DNA from: Pseudobdellovibrionaceae bacterium
GTDB lineage: Bacteria > Bdellovibrionota > Bdellovibrionia > Bdellovibrionales > Bdellovibrionaceae
Direction: 5' to 3'
NCBI GenBank assembly: GCA_043745515.1
Contig: JAYTTH010000316.1
Location: forward strand, 1 to 60,263
Length of the DNA stretch: 60,263 nt
Position numbers and translations under genes: made by a program. Numbering within the stretch: position 1 is the first letter of the stretch; every line of letters starts with the position of its first letter. The notes beneath the pieces were generated by a model. The model did not search any database and was not told where the DNA came from. It was given only the letters and a program-made list of their open reading frames with translations. Below are positions 20,289 to 29,200 of the stretch, piece by piece.

Positions 20289-20459
20289 TTAAATCTCCAA
20301 ATCTAATCGTTCACCATCAAAGAAAGAAACCCCTCTCGCGGCGTGAGGCTTTCCGTCACGCTCTGCATTTTATTTGAAAGTTGCGACTCTGCCCATAGTA
20401 ATATATTGAATGTGGCGAATTACTCGTTTTGCAAAATCTGAGATAGTCATTCTGATCAT
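20289..20459 (-). pseudogene. relic of an MGMT/alkyltransferase-like (YbaZ/Atl-type) gene
   Basis: Minus-strand frame M(IR)MTISDFAKRVIRHIQYITMGRVATFK*NAERDGKPHAARGVSFFDGERLDLEI*. It fits the iP.GrV.TYG.iA...G.P.aARaVG signature. There is an in-frame TAA at 20370-20372, and the relic stops before the PCHRV active site. Confidence 0.5.
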
Positions 20460-20587
20460 GGGGTCTCAGGAAACTTGATATTTTCAACTAGTCGAAAGAA
20501 AAAAACTGAATTCTTTTGCATTTTTAGAACCAAATATTTTCTGAAACTCGACTATCCATTTCGTCGTCATTACCCTAAACTGTTTCT

Positions 20588-21049
20588 ATGTCCTCTATGA
20601 CAAAAAAAAAGCAAGTAATAGTTCTCAATGGCTCAATTTCAAGTTACACAGATTTGCCTCCTTTGGAAAATATCGAAAACACATCCATTTTAGAAATCCA
20701 CTTTGGTCCGAATATTTTTTTAAATAGCACTGGAATACGCGATTGGATCCTTTGGCTAAGACCTGTTTCACTAAAGCCCGAAATTAGAATTGAGTTTTAC
20801 GAATGTTCTTTCAGTGTAATTTTGCTAGTGAATATGATTTCAAGTTTTAAACCCGCAAACGGCAAAATCATTTCGTTTTATGTTCCCTATTTTTCAGAAA
20901 ATACAGGTGAGTCCAAAAAGATCCTAATGCAAGTAGGTGTTGACGTCATAGACGGTAAATTTACGCTTCCAAAGGTCACTGACAGCGAAGGCCACACGAT
21001 GGAATTGGATGTAGATGAAAAGAAATTTTTTAAATTTCTAAATTCCTAA
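20588..21049 (+). CDS. STAS-like protein with conserved C-terminal extension (paralog A)
   Basis: 153 aa. FLNSTGIRDWILWL resembles the STAS/SpoIIAA DSSG-loop region. Shares SFYVP(Y/F)FSE, DS(E/K)G..MELDV and (F/Y)F.FL with the 21073-21543 product. Confidence 0.6.
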   Translation: MSSMTKKKQVIVLNGSISSYTDLPPLENIENTSILEIHFGPNIFLNSTGIRDWILWLRPVSLKPEIRIEFYECSFSVILLVNMISSFKPANGKIISFYVPYFSENTGESKKILMQVGVDVIDGKFTLPKVTDSEGHTMELDVDEKKFFKFLNS

Positions 21050-21072
21050 GCCGGACACCCTGTTCAGGAGAT

Positions 21073-21543
21073 CTAACGTCGCTTCAAAAATGAAAAATAT
21101 TTTATTGGATTCACATCCAGTTCCATATATTCGCCTTTGGAATCTTTAATATCTGGGATCCTTAAAAATCCATTTATTTGATAGTCCTCGCCCAAATGAA
21201 ATAGAACATCTTTCCGCTCTTGTGACTCTTCACTAAAAAATGGCACGTAAAAGGACTTTACAGTAATTAAGTTAGTAATAAACCCACTAATTTTACTAAA
21301 ATTATTTACAAATACAAAAGGGCATTCTTCTAAAGTTAAGTCTTTGAATTCCTTGTTTTCCTGAATCCATTTACACCAAATTCGAATTCCATAAGAATTG
21401 ATTAAGGTTATTTTTTTCATATTTATAGACAAGGGCTTCGATTTATCAATTGGCGGAATAACAATATGTTCGTTTAGAGGTCCTGAAAACGTCCAAATAT
21501 TTTCTGTTAAATTGGAAGTAATTACGCATTTGAATTGATCCAT
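21073..21543 (-). CDS. STAS-like protein with conserved C-terminal extension (paralog B)
   Basis: 156 aa. LINSYGIRIWCKWI motif. Paralogous to 20588-21049. Lies 6 nt downstream of the kinase-like gene. Confidence 0.6.
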   Translation of the reverse strand: MDQFKCVITSNLTENIWTFSGPLNEHIVIPPIDKSKPLSINMKKITLINSYGIRIWCKWIQENKEFKDLTLEECPFVFVNNFSKISGFITNLITVKSFYVPFFSEESQERKDVLFHLGEDYQINGFLRIPDIKDSKGEYMELDVNPIKYFSFLKRR

Positions 21544-21549
21544 ATCCCT

Positions 21550-22383
21550 CTACTCAGTGTATATATGCAGGTTTTTTGGCAATTGACTTCGCGAGGCTGA
21601 ACTCAACTTATACGCAAACGAACAGCAAACTAAAGTTTGAATTCCTTGTTTGACTCCGATATAGACACTTGCAGCTGATTCAAAAATCATAAAAGCGCCA
21701 ATTCCGGCACCACCACTAGAATAGTTAATTACGTTAGACAGATCGCTGTCGTAACATTTTTTGATTCGAGCCAAAAGTCGTTCAACATTTAAAGTGCCAA
21801 ACTGATCCTTGCAACCAAGCACAATGCGGGCGCCGTCGTTCCCAACAAACATATAGGGACGCTTAGAGCTATCAATTCGAACATTGCGAAAGTCTCGTTC
21901 AACTCCTGGATTTTCGTTATTAAAATCCATATAGGGCGCATTGTAAATTGCGTTAGTAAACAATTCGTCAGCCGTATTCAAAACTTCATACAACAATGAA
22001 GAGGCCTTAGTAAGGCCTTTGATATAATTTTCGATTTGCGCCAAAACATTGAATTTGTCGGTTGGGTTATTAATATCAAAGAAAACCCCTTGAAGTTTTT
22101 TTTCGGATGCTTCATCTGGATTTTCTTGTCCAAAAATTGCAGACAAAGGAAAAGAGAAATATTTATCTGGGTCCTTCGCCATTTTTTGAGCCAGAGCTAT
22201 TTCTTGGGCGTGAGCCAGATTTGATTTTTGAACAAAGTGTCGGATTTTCTTGTTTAGGCACATTTGTAAAATTGTTTGTGCAGAAGCATTGTCAGTGAAT
22301 ATAAAATCTCCCAAGTTTTCTTCAGGGTGAATTTCATCTATATTTAAACATTTAATTCCTGGAACATCGAATTCATCGGGCAT
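21550..22383 (-). CDS. GHKL/anti-sigma-factor-kinase-like protein (SpoIIAB/RsbW-like C-terminal domain)
   Basis: 277 aa. ADELFTNAIYNAP fits the N-box E..TNAi.H. KDQFGTL fits the DxGxG region. SSGGAGIGAFMI fits the G2 box (compare GMGFTIM in SpoIIAB). The N-terminal 130 aa or so are unassigned. Confidence 0.55.
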   Translation of the reverse strand: MPDEFDVPGIKCLNIDEIHPEENLGDFIFTDNASAQTILQMCLNKKIRHFVQKSNLAHAQEIALAQKMAKDPDKYFSFPLSAIFGQENPDEASEKKLQGVFFDINNPTDKFNVLAQIENYIKGLTKASSLLYEVLNTADELFTNAIYNAPYMDFNNENPGVERDFRNVRIDSSKRPYMFVGNDGARIVLGCKDQFGTLNVERLLARIKKCYDSDLSNVINYSSGGAGIGAFMIFESAASVYIGVKQGIQTLVCCSFAYKLSSASRSQLPKNLHIYTE

Positions 22384-22464
22384 GTCAGAATTAAATCATT
22401 GTCGCGGACTCTTATAAAGCAAGTAAATCAAAACCTAGACAGATGTCGATATAAATGCATTTAA

Positions 22465-23250
22465 CTAATCTATTTCTATTTTTTTAGCGAATACGGGCAG
22501 TATAAAAATTGAACCCAGCAAGCAAAATAGAAAAAAGAGACTCACAAATTTGAAAATCTTTGCAAGTCCAGCTGATATTTTATTATTTTTTGCTAAAGTC
22601 TCGAAACTTGTTACGTAGATAATTTCACACGCTCCATTTTCAATGTCTGTTCTAACCACACTTGTTTTTCTTGGCGGTCCTTCGTTAACGCTGTAGTTTA
22701 CAAGTTGCCCTGAAATATGAATCTCATCTCCGATCTTTGAAGATGAAATGAGTTTTTGAATTTCAATATTTTCGGGAATTAGATGGTTATTTGAAAGCTG
22801 GTTTATTTGAAACGATTGCCAAACACTTAAACTATTTGTGCTGGCATAGCAGGTCCAAGCGCCATGGTTAAACGACATTTTGGAAAGATTTGGGTTTAAA
22901 ATATTGGCACCCCAAATTACGCAAATGTCCTTTGTGTTGATAAAGTCATTCCAAGCTTCATGAACAGTGTCGGTCCAGCTATTCGATTCATGGTCGGCAA
23001 CAACTAGACCCCAGATTTCATAATCGAAAACTGGCTCAATTTTGTAGGAGTGGCCATTTGCTTTGGTGATAAACGGCTTTTTTGTAGTTGGGGTCTGCCG
23101 CGGCTCCCTTTGAAGCAGATCGCCCGATTCAAAGCGACTAGGAAGTTTAACCATATACCAAGAGCTTATTGCCCAAAGACAACTCGAAATGACCAAAGAT
23201 TTTATTAAAAAAAGCGACCAGCTAACATTATACTTCATTCTTGAATCCAA
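22465..23250 (-). CDS. membrane protein anchored at both termini, function unknown
   Basis: TM segments near both ends flank a domain of about 190 aa (WTDTVHEAWNDFINTKDICVIWGANI). No family recognised. Same strand, just upstream of the kinase-like gene. Confidence 0.6.
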   Translation of the reverse strand: MDSRMKYNVSWSLFLIKSLVISSCLWAISSWYMVKLPSRFESGDLLQREPRQTPTTKKPFITKANGHSYKIEPVFDYEIWGLVVADHESNSWTDTVHEAWNDFINTKDICVIWGANILNPNLSKMSFNHGAWTCYASTNSLSVWQSFQINQLSNNHLIPENIEIQKLISSSKIGDEIHISGQLVNYSVNEGPPRKTSVVRTDIENGACEIIYVTSFETLAKNNKISAGLAKIFKFVSLFFLFCLLGSIFILPVFAKKIEID

Positions 23251-23350
23251 TTTTTTATTCTATCCAAAGTTTAGATCCAAAACTTTTTAAATACCAATTC
23301 TTTTGGCTCCATGCTCCAATGTGCCTAAATTCTCGGGAAGATGCGGTGCC

Positions 23351-25139
23351 ATGAAAAGTTTGTCTTTAACTCTACTTAAAAATGAAACCGTTCGATCTGC
23401 AAAACGATTTCCCGTGACCTTTCTTTTTGTTTTAATAGCCACGGCCACTCTTATAACAATGAGCGAAATGCATTTCAAATTCAACGAAGGGCATCCTCTG
23501 ACTGAACATGCTCGTTTTAATTCTGGCTTTCCCGATTTCATTGGCCTTTCATCTTATTGCAGAGAGCAAGCCTAAATGGCTTGCTGTGCCTTCAAAGTGG
23601 GTTCCCTATTTATCTTTTATTCCATTGCTCGCTTTTTTTAGCTGGAGGCAAACCCACTATGGCGCGGGGGAATGGATTCGCTACTTTCACTGGGTACTTT
23701 ATAGTCATCTTCTGGTTGCGTTTGCTCCATTTTTGCGGGTCTCAAACTCGCGAGAATTTTGGAACTTCAACTACTCACTATTTATTAATTTTCTAATTAG
23801 TCGATTTTTTGGATTATTTCTTTGGGCCGGTTTTAGTTTAGCGCTGGCGGCCGTGGGAGCGCTGTTAGAGATACCTATATCATCGGAAATCTATTTCAAT
23901 TTATCCTCACTATGCCTAGTTTTAATTTCTACGCTTCATTTTTTGGCCCTGATGCCTGAATCAATCAATTTTGATGAAGTACGGCCAAGGCTATTAAAGA
24001 TTTTCTGCCAATATATATTGGTTCCACTCAACGTCACCTATATCGCCATTTTATATATTTATTTAATTAAAATTCTGATTACTGGTGATTGGCCAAAAAG
24101 AATGATTTCATGGTTGGTGTCTGGTGTTTCCATACTGGGAGTTTTTGCGCTTTTGATGATGGCGACCTTTTTTGACCAATATGAAACCCGGTGGATGAGA
24201 AAATTCCAATCCATCTACTATATAAGCATAATTCCGTTGCTAATTATGGGGCTTGTTTCTCTTTTTCAACGAATTGACCAATATCGATTGACCGAAAAAC
24301 GTTATGCTTTAATTGCTTTAAGTCTTTGGCTCATTGGAATTGCAGTTTACAATTTGATCTCAAAAGCAAAAAATATTTTAGCAATTCCAGTTTCGCTATT
24401 TATTGTATTATTGTTCACATCTTATGGTCCCTGGGGAATGTATCAAATGTCCTAGCTGAGTCAAAAGTCACGACTAGTAGAACTACTAGAAAAAAGTGAC
24501 GCCATTAAAAACGGATTTTTAGGCAAAAGCAGCAAAGATATTTCGCCGGACGACGCAAAAGAAATTATTCAAATTTTAGGCTATTTGGTATACTTTCATG
24601 GTTCAGAACCCCTTCCCTCGTTTTTTACCAAAGAAGATGCTGCTGAATTAGTTAGAATCTCAAAAAAAGATTCAAGCTACTTGATCTACGACGAAGTAGG
24701 TAATTTTATGGAAAAGCGACTTGCCTTACCACACGGCCTTTACCTAAACAAGGGCGATGATCTTTCAAAATATGTTTATTATGATAACCAAAATTGCATG
24801 GTTCAGTTAAGTAAAGATTTACTATTTTTTAGATTTGATTCGGGACACGTAATCTATCCTTCAGTTGGCACGGGGAAATCTTACGAATTGTTCATAAGCG
24901 ATTCAAATTTTACCATCCAACTAAAAGAAAACGGAAAAGTCATTTTTGACCACGATTTAAAGTCTTTCGTAGCGGAAATAATGGATTTGGATTCCGAGCA
25001 AAAGAGCATTGCTTGGACATTTAATGCTCAAGGCCTTGAAGTAACACTCATCCCGCAGCACATTTCTGCCGACAACTACGCAAAGGGGCTTAGAAACCTA
25101 TCGTTTACAGGCTCTCTTTTGGTACGATTTTTAAAATAA
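23351..25139 (+). pseudogene. DUF4153-like polytopic membrane protein, disrupted
   Basis: The N-terminus MKSLSLTLLKNETVRSAKRFPVTFLFVLIATATLI is in frame 2, and the body (23508-24455) is in frame 0, so a frameshift lies near 23480-23510. An in-frame TAG at 24453-24455 is followed by 43 stop-free codons that run into the 24585-25139 ORF in the same frame. Confidence 0.65.
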
Positions 25140-25162
25140 ATAGACAAGAATAAATAGACAAG
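25135..25162 (+). repeat. perfect 14-bp tandem duplication AATAAATAGACAAG x2
   Basis: Copies at 25135-25148 and 25149-25162. The first copy contains the stop codon of the upstream reading frame. Confidence 0.9.
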
Positions 25163-25208
25163 GTCGAGTCTTTTGCTATTATCCCTTCTGCATAATCCAG
25201 GAGACTAA

Positions 25209-25838
25209 ATGATTCGAATTATTTTATTCCCAATACTATTTTTAATTTCCATATCAGCACTAGGGGCCGAAAAGGAATTAGAGTTAAAAATGAATCCAAA
25301 TGGTCAACCGGTTTTTGGAATTCAATATGCCTATGACTACGATTTTGCTTGGGCCTTTACCTTTACGACAACTCTTTCCAATTTGGATCTAGAATCCATA
25401 CCAAATACTGTTTTTTGGAATGTCCTACAATCCAAACAAAACAATCTTGTTTTTTCATGGAAAGAAATTAGTAAAATTGCATTACAAACCGGAACTATTA
25501 GCCTTCGAGACAAATCCGAAGTCAGTATTTTACTGCCAAATTTAAAAACGGCAAAGGTTGTTTTTGCACTTAAAACGCACCAGGGCACGTTTGAAATTCT
25601 TTATTCAATCCCGATCGGTCCGCTTTGTCAGAACTTTTCGACAAATCACTTTGTCGATATGACAAATTCATCAAAAAAGGGATGCGATGTGCAGGCCAAA
25701 GATATTCCGGACGCTCAGGCAGAGTGCCATTCCTGGGCAGAGGAACTTTTAGATTTCGTTCATCAAAAGCTAATCTCCTGCGCCACGGCAAAAGCCCATT
25801 TTGCAACTCGTGGCTGCGGCACTTTGGTCTGTCAGTAG
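25209..25838 (+). CDS. secreted protein, function unknown
   Basis: Signal peptide MIRIILFPILFLISISALGA. GGAGA Shine-Dalgarno. Cys-containing C-terminal region. No family recognised. Confidence 0.6.
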   Translation: MIRIILFPILFLISISALGAEKELELKMNPNGQPVFGIQYAYDYDFAWAFTFTTTLSNLDLESIPNTVFWNVLQSKQNNLVFSWKEISKIALQTGTISLRDKSEVSILLPNLKTAKVVFALKTHQGTFEILYSIPIGPLCQNFSTNHFVDMTNSSKKGCDVQAKDIPDAQAECHSWAEELLDFVHQKLISCATAKAHFATRGCGTLVCQ

Positions 25839-27059
25839 ATGTCTGACGATTCACTTTTACAATGTCCATCGCTGATACCAAAGATTGCGCTAAATCGTGA
25901 TATCACTAAACATTTGAAACGCGGTCATCGTTGGATTTTTGCAAATTCATTTGATGAAAAAGCCAAAGTGTCTTCAGGTATTTCATTTTTGACCTATAAA
26001 AACGAACTTTTGGGTCTTGGTGTCGTTCAAGCGGATACCCAGCTGCGATTTCGTCTGTTTGTATTAGCTGATGAAATTTATTTTAAAAAAAATAACCCTC
26101 AAAAAACCCTATCCCAATGGGCTAACATCCAGTGGGAAAAAGCCAGTCAGGTGCGATTGTCATTGGATAGTACTGTTACCAATTCTTTTCGGCTATCTAA
26201 TGGCGAGGGAGATGGAATGCCGGGACTTATCGTCGATATTTACAATAACACGGCCGTAATAAAACACGATCATCCCATTATGGAATCCATTTGGGATAAA
26301 CATGAAATCGCCAAGCAAATTGTATTGCTGTACCCTTACATTAAATGCGTGTATCTAAAACGCCGAAATGACGATGACGTTAAAGGTGAAAATGTTTTAG
26401 GCACTTTGGCCGAAGAGACCATTTTCAAGGAAAACAATATGTTGTTTGCATCAAATATTCGCGATGCTGCTAAAACAGGATTTTTCTTAGACCAACGGGA
26501 CAATCGACATTATCTGAAGAATTTTTCAAAAGACAAATCAGTTTTGAATCTGTTTAGTTACACTGGCGGCTTTTCAGTATTCGCCGGAGCAGGCGGCGCG
26601 CGATCGGTCACCAGCGTAGACATTGCAAAAGTGGCTATTCAAGCAGTCCATCGAAATTTTGAAATTAATAATCTAAAAACCCATACTCAGAATATTGCTA
26701 CAGACGCCTTTGCTTACGTTGAACAAGAAATTAAATCAAAAACAAAATTTGATTTGGTTGTCACGGATCCACCCAGTTTTGCCCCTAATGAAAAATCAGT
26801 TCCGCAGGCTACGGCGGCCTATACTAAAATTTATTCTGATTCTTTAAAATTAGTTAAGGCTAATGGACTATTTGCCGCAAGTTCGTGTTCAAGCCATATT
26901 TCAACCCAGGCTTTTTTAGACATTACAAAGGAATCGTTTTCGAAGTCGCGGCTTCGAGGAACCATCATACATATGGGTGCACAGCCCTTTGACCACCCCT
27001 TTCCGCTTGCCATGGAAGAACTGCGCTACCTAAAGTTTGCATTGTTCAGAGTCGATTAG
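25839..27059 (+). CDS. rlmI: class I SAM-dependent 23S rRNA m5C methyltransferase, RlmI-like
   Basis: Colinear with E. coli RlmI: KRGHRWIF (PUA-like N-terminus), GEGDGMPGLIVD, KTGFFLDQRDNR, FSYTGGFSV, VVTDPPSF, SCSSH. Confidence 0.75.
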   Translation: MSDDSLLQCPSLIPKIALNRDITKHLKRGHRWIFANSFDEKAKVSSGISFLTYKNELLGLGVVQADTQLRFRLFVLADEIYFKKNNPQKTLSQWANIQWEKASQVRLSLDSTVTNSFRLSNGEGDGMPGLIVDIYNNTAVIKHDHPIMESIWDKHEIAKQIVLLYPYIKCVYLKRRNDDDVKGENVLGTLAEETIFKENNMLFASNIRDAAKTGFFLDQRDNRHYLKNFSKDKSVLNLFSYTGGFSVFAGAGGARSVTSVDIAKVAIQAVHRNFEINNLKTHTQNIATDAFAYVEQEIKSKTKFDLVVTDPPSFAPNEKSVPQATAAYTKIYSDSLKLVKANGLFAASSCSSHISTQAFLDITKESFSKSRLRGTIIHMGAQPFDHPFPLAMEELRYLKFALFRVD

Positions 27060-27237
27060 ATTTCGCTAATTTAGTCCGATTACAAAAAATTCCAAATCTT
27101 CCTTATCTGTTAGGTTTTTCGCGGTTTAATAATAGCCAAGTTATTTCTATGTCTTATATAGATTTTTTTATTCTCCATTTAGATTGAATCTTACTGGCTT
27201 ATTGATATCCTCCTTTCCAAATTGGGGAGGGGTTTCC

Positions 27238-27717
27238 ATGCAGCGATTATTTTTTTTCAAAAAAAATATTTTACCTTTTGTCTTTGTAACGATTTTAAGT
27301 GTTGTTTCAAAAGCCAACGTCGACGAGTCCTGTCTAGACCACGGTAAGCTTTTGAATGTTATAAATGAGCAAGTCTTAAATTGGAAAAAGACAACAACGA
27401 ATGCATTCATGGCTCGGGCTCGAATTCAAGGCGTTGTGGATCAGAACTTTCCTGACCATTCTGGTCATAGACATTTTTCACTGCGGATCGGGCCATTGGC
27501 GACCGATCATATTGAAGTAATTTATAATCTCACTTTTGGAAATTTACCGACTCCTAAAATTGGTGATATCGCAGAAGCCTGTGGCGATTATATTACCTCA
27601 ATCGCCAAGACTGGCGGATTTCCACCATCTCCGGATGGTGCGATTATTCACTGGGTGCATCGCAGCCCAAGTGGACACGACCCTGGTTACGTAATTCTTA
27701 ACGGTATAAAATTTTAA
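27238..27717 (+). CDS. secreted DUF3465-like protein
   Basis: Signal peptide after ATG 27238 (GGAGG upstream). HSGHRHFSLRI, IGDIAEACGDY and GAIIHWVHRSPSGHDPGYVILNG match the DUF3465 pattern (HQ.F, GD.v.G.Y, iHWtH.dp, GwI). The ORF is open from 27184. Confidence 0.65.
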   Translation: MQRLFFFKKNILPFVFVTILSVVSKANVDESCLDHGKLLNVINEQVLNWKKTTTNAFMARARIQGVVDQNFPDHSGHRHFSLRIGPLATDHIEVIYNLTFGNLPTPKIGDIAEACGDYITSIAKTGGFPPSPDGAIIHWVHRSPSGHDPGYVILNGIKF

Positions 27718-27728
27718 AAGAAGGGTAT

Positions 27729-28142
27729 ATGAAAAACATAACTTTTTTAGCCTTTACAGTATTTATTTCGACGCTGTTTTTTTGGTTTGCTCAAGCGGAC
27801 ACAGCTAACCCAAAACGAGAACTCTTGCAGGACATTAAAGCCGAAACTAGGCGATGTGCCTTGCAACTTTTGGCTCCGAATGGACATGGACAGAAAGTAA
27901 TTGGCTATGTTTCCCTTTGCCCAACTTTAAAAATTATTTCCCAAGGTGTCGCTCAAATTTATATCGATGGTGACTGGTTAGGCGCGAAAATAGCGGAGTC
28001 TCCTGAATCAGATGGGGGAGATCTTGATGATCTCTATATTTTTAACTCCCGTGGCATATTGCTTGCAAAACGAACCAATATACCAGCCTTTGATATGATC
28101 ATTGTGGCAATGGCAGGCACAACTGAATTGAAACATCGGTAG
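27729..28142 (+). CDS. secreted protein, function unknown
   Basis: Signal peptide. 137 aa. No family recognised. Confidence 0.55.
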   Translation: MKNITFLAFTVFISTLFFWFAQADTANPKRELLQDIKAETRRCALQLLAPNGHGQKVIGYVSLCPTLKIISQGVAQIYIDGDWLGAKIAESPESDGGDLDDLYIFNSRGILLAKRTNIPAFDMIIVAMAGTTELKHR

Positions 28143-28144
28143 AA

Positions 28145-28699
28145 ATGATGGCCAAATTACTTTTTACATTATTAATTTTGGCCACACATTCACTTTGGGC
28201 AATGCCCGCTCAAATATTGCTAATGAGGCATTGCGAAATACCTCTCGTCTGAAATGAACTATCCCCCCAAGGGTGGCGACGAGCTCAAGCGCTACCGACA
28301 CTTTTTGTTCGACCTGAACTGCGAAGGTTTGGCTTGCCAGTGGGTCTTTATGCAATGGCCCCCTCTCATCCTGGCGGCTCTATTCGCGCTATTCAAACTT
28401 TGTCTATCACTTCTAAAGCTTTAAACGAACCTATCAATGCTCAGTTTACTAAAGATTTAGTTCCTCAGTTAGTGGCCCAAATAAAAAACAATTCTGCTTT
28501 CAATGGAAAATTTATTGTGATTTGTTGGGAACATACAGTGCTTTTAGAAATAGCACGAGAATTTGGCTTGCCTAACCCTCCGGATTGGCCAGATCCTCAA
28601 TTCGATCGAATGTGGAATATGAATTTTTCTCCGCAAGGACAGCTAACTGGGTTTCAAAATTTACCAGAACGCCTTTTACCAACTGATAATCCAAAATAA
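28145..28699 (+). pseudogene. histidine-phosphatase-superfamily protein interrupted by an in-frame TGA
   Basis: MMAKLLFTLLILATHSLWAMPAQILLMRHCEIPLV-TGA-NELSPQGWRRAQALPTLF... is continuous in one frame. It has a signal peptide and an RH(C)E catalytic motif, and LSPQGWRRAQAL fits the LS..G..RA..L motif. TGA is at 28250-28252. Confidence 0.65.
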
Positions 28700-28721
28700 T
28701 AAATTCGCAAAAGGAAAATAG

Positions 28722-29058
28722 AATGAAGACGATGGCGATCGCCTTTGGGTCATTGATCCAAAGACAGCTAAAGTCACAACTACTATCAAAATTCCCGGGG
28801 TACCAGAAGTTCTTGAGTTTGATTCAGCTTCAAACCATATTTATTTAAATATCAAAGATAAAGACACTGTCGTCAGTATCGATCCCTTAACAAACAAAAT
28901 AGATGCAACTTGGACGACGGCACCTGCTGTTTCGCCGCATGGATTGGTTGTTGAAAGGCGCACATACCCTAGCTGTCGATCCTAAAACTCATGATGTTTG
29001 GGTTTCCTATGCGGATAAAGAGCATAGCTATTTTCAGAGATTTTCACCAACACTATAA
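28722..29058 (+). pseudogene. C-terminal relic of a YVTN/YncE-type beta-propeller protein
   Basis: Frame with no start codon: DDGDRLWVIDPKTAKVTTTIKIPGVPEVLEFDSASNHIYLNIKDKDTVVSIDPLTNKIDATW...HGLVV. It continues after a frameshift near 28970 as LAVDPKTHDVWVSYADKEHSYFQRF*. Confidence 0.55.
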
Positions 29059-29193
29059 AAGCGACATCAAACCGGGTAGTACAAGATACACCAAAGTGTC
29101 CCTAATTAGGTAGTAGCCTAAAATTAAAGCGATCGCTTTCCAGCCATGCGATTTCATCGTGGCCTTGAATCCTTCAGATTTAAACGATTTCAC
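29053..29193 (-). CDS. possible small membrane protein (46 aa)
   Basis: Not in the ORF track because it is under 60 aa. Sequence VKSFKSEGFKATMKSHGWKAIALILGYYLIRDTLVYLVLPGLMSLL*. One hydrophobic helix. Directly downstream of 29201-29785. Confidence 0.3.
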   Translation of the reverse strand: MKSFKSEGFKATMKSHGWKAIALILGYYLIRDTLVYLVLPGLMSLL

Positions 29194-29200
29194 TATGTTT

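Noticed and set aside
20330-20361. GC-rich hairpin (GCGTGA...TCACGC) as an sRNA, riboswitch or terminator in the long intergenic region
   Set aside because: The segment translates on the minus strand into the conserved MGMT-like motif GKPHAARGV, so the local GC richness is better explained as fossil coding sequence.
28250-28252. In-frame TGA as selenocysteine, or TGA/TAG/TAA reassignment (alternative genetic code)
   Set aside because: TGA, TAG and TAA all terminate neighbouring well-supported genes at the expected lengths (for example TGA at 995-997 and 14453-14455). I see no SECIS-like hairpin after 28252. All three stop codons occur as lesions, which fits decay rather than recoding.
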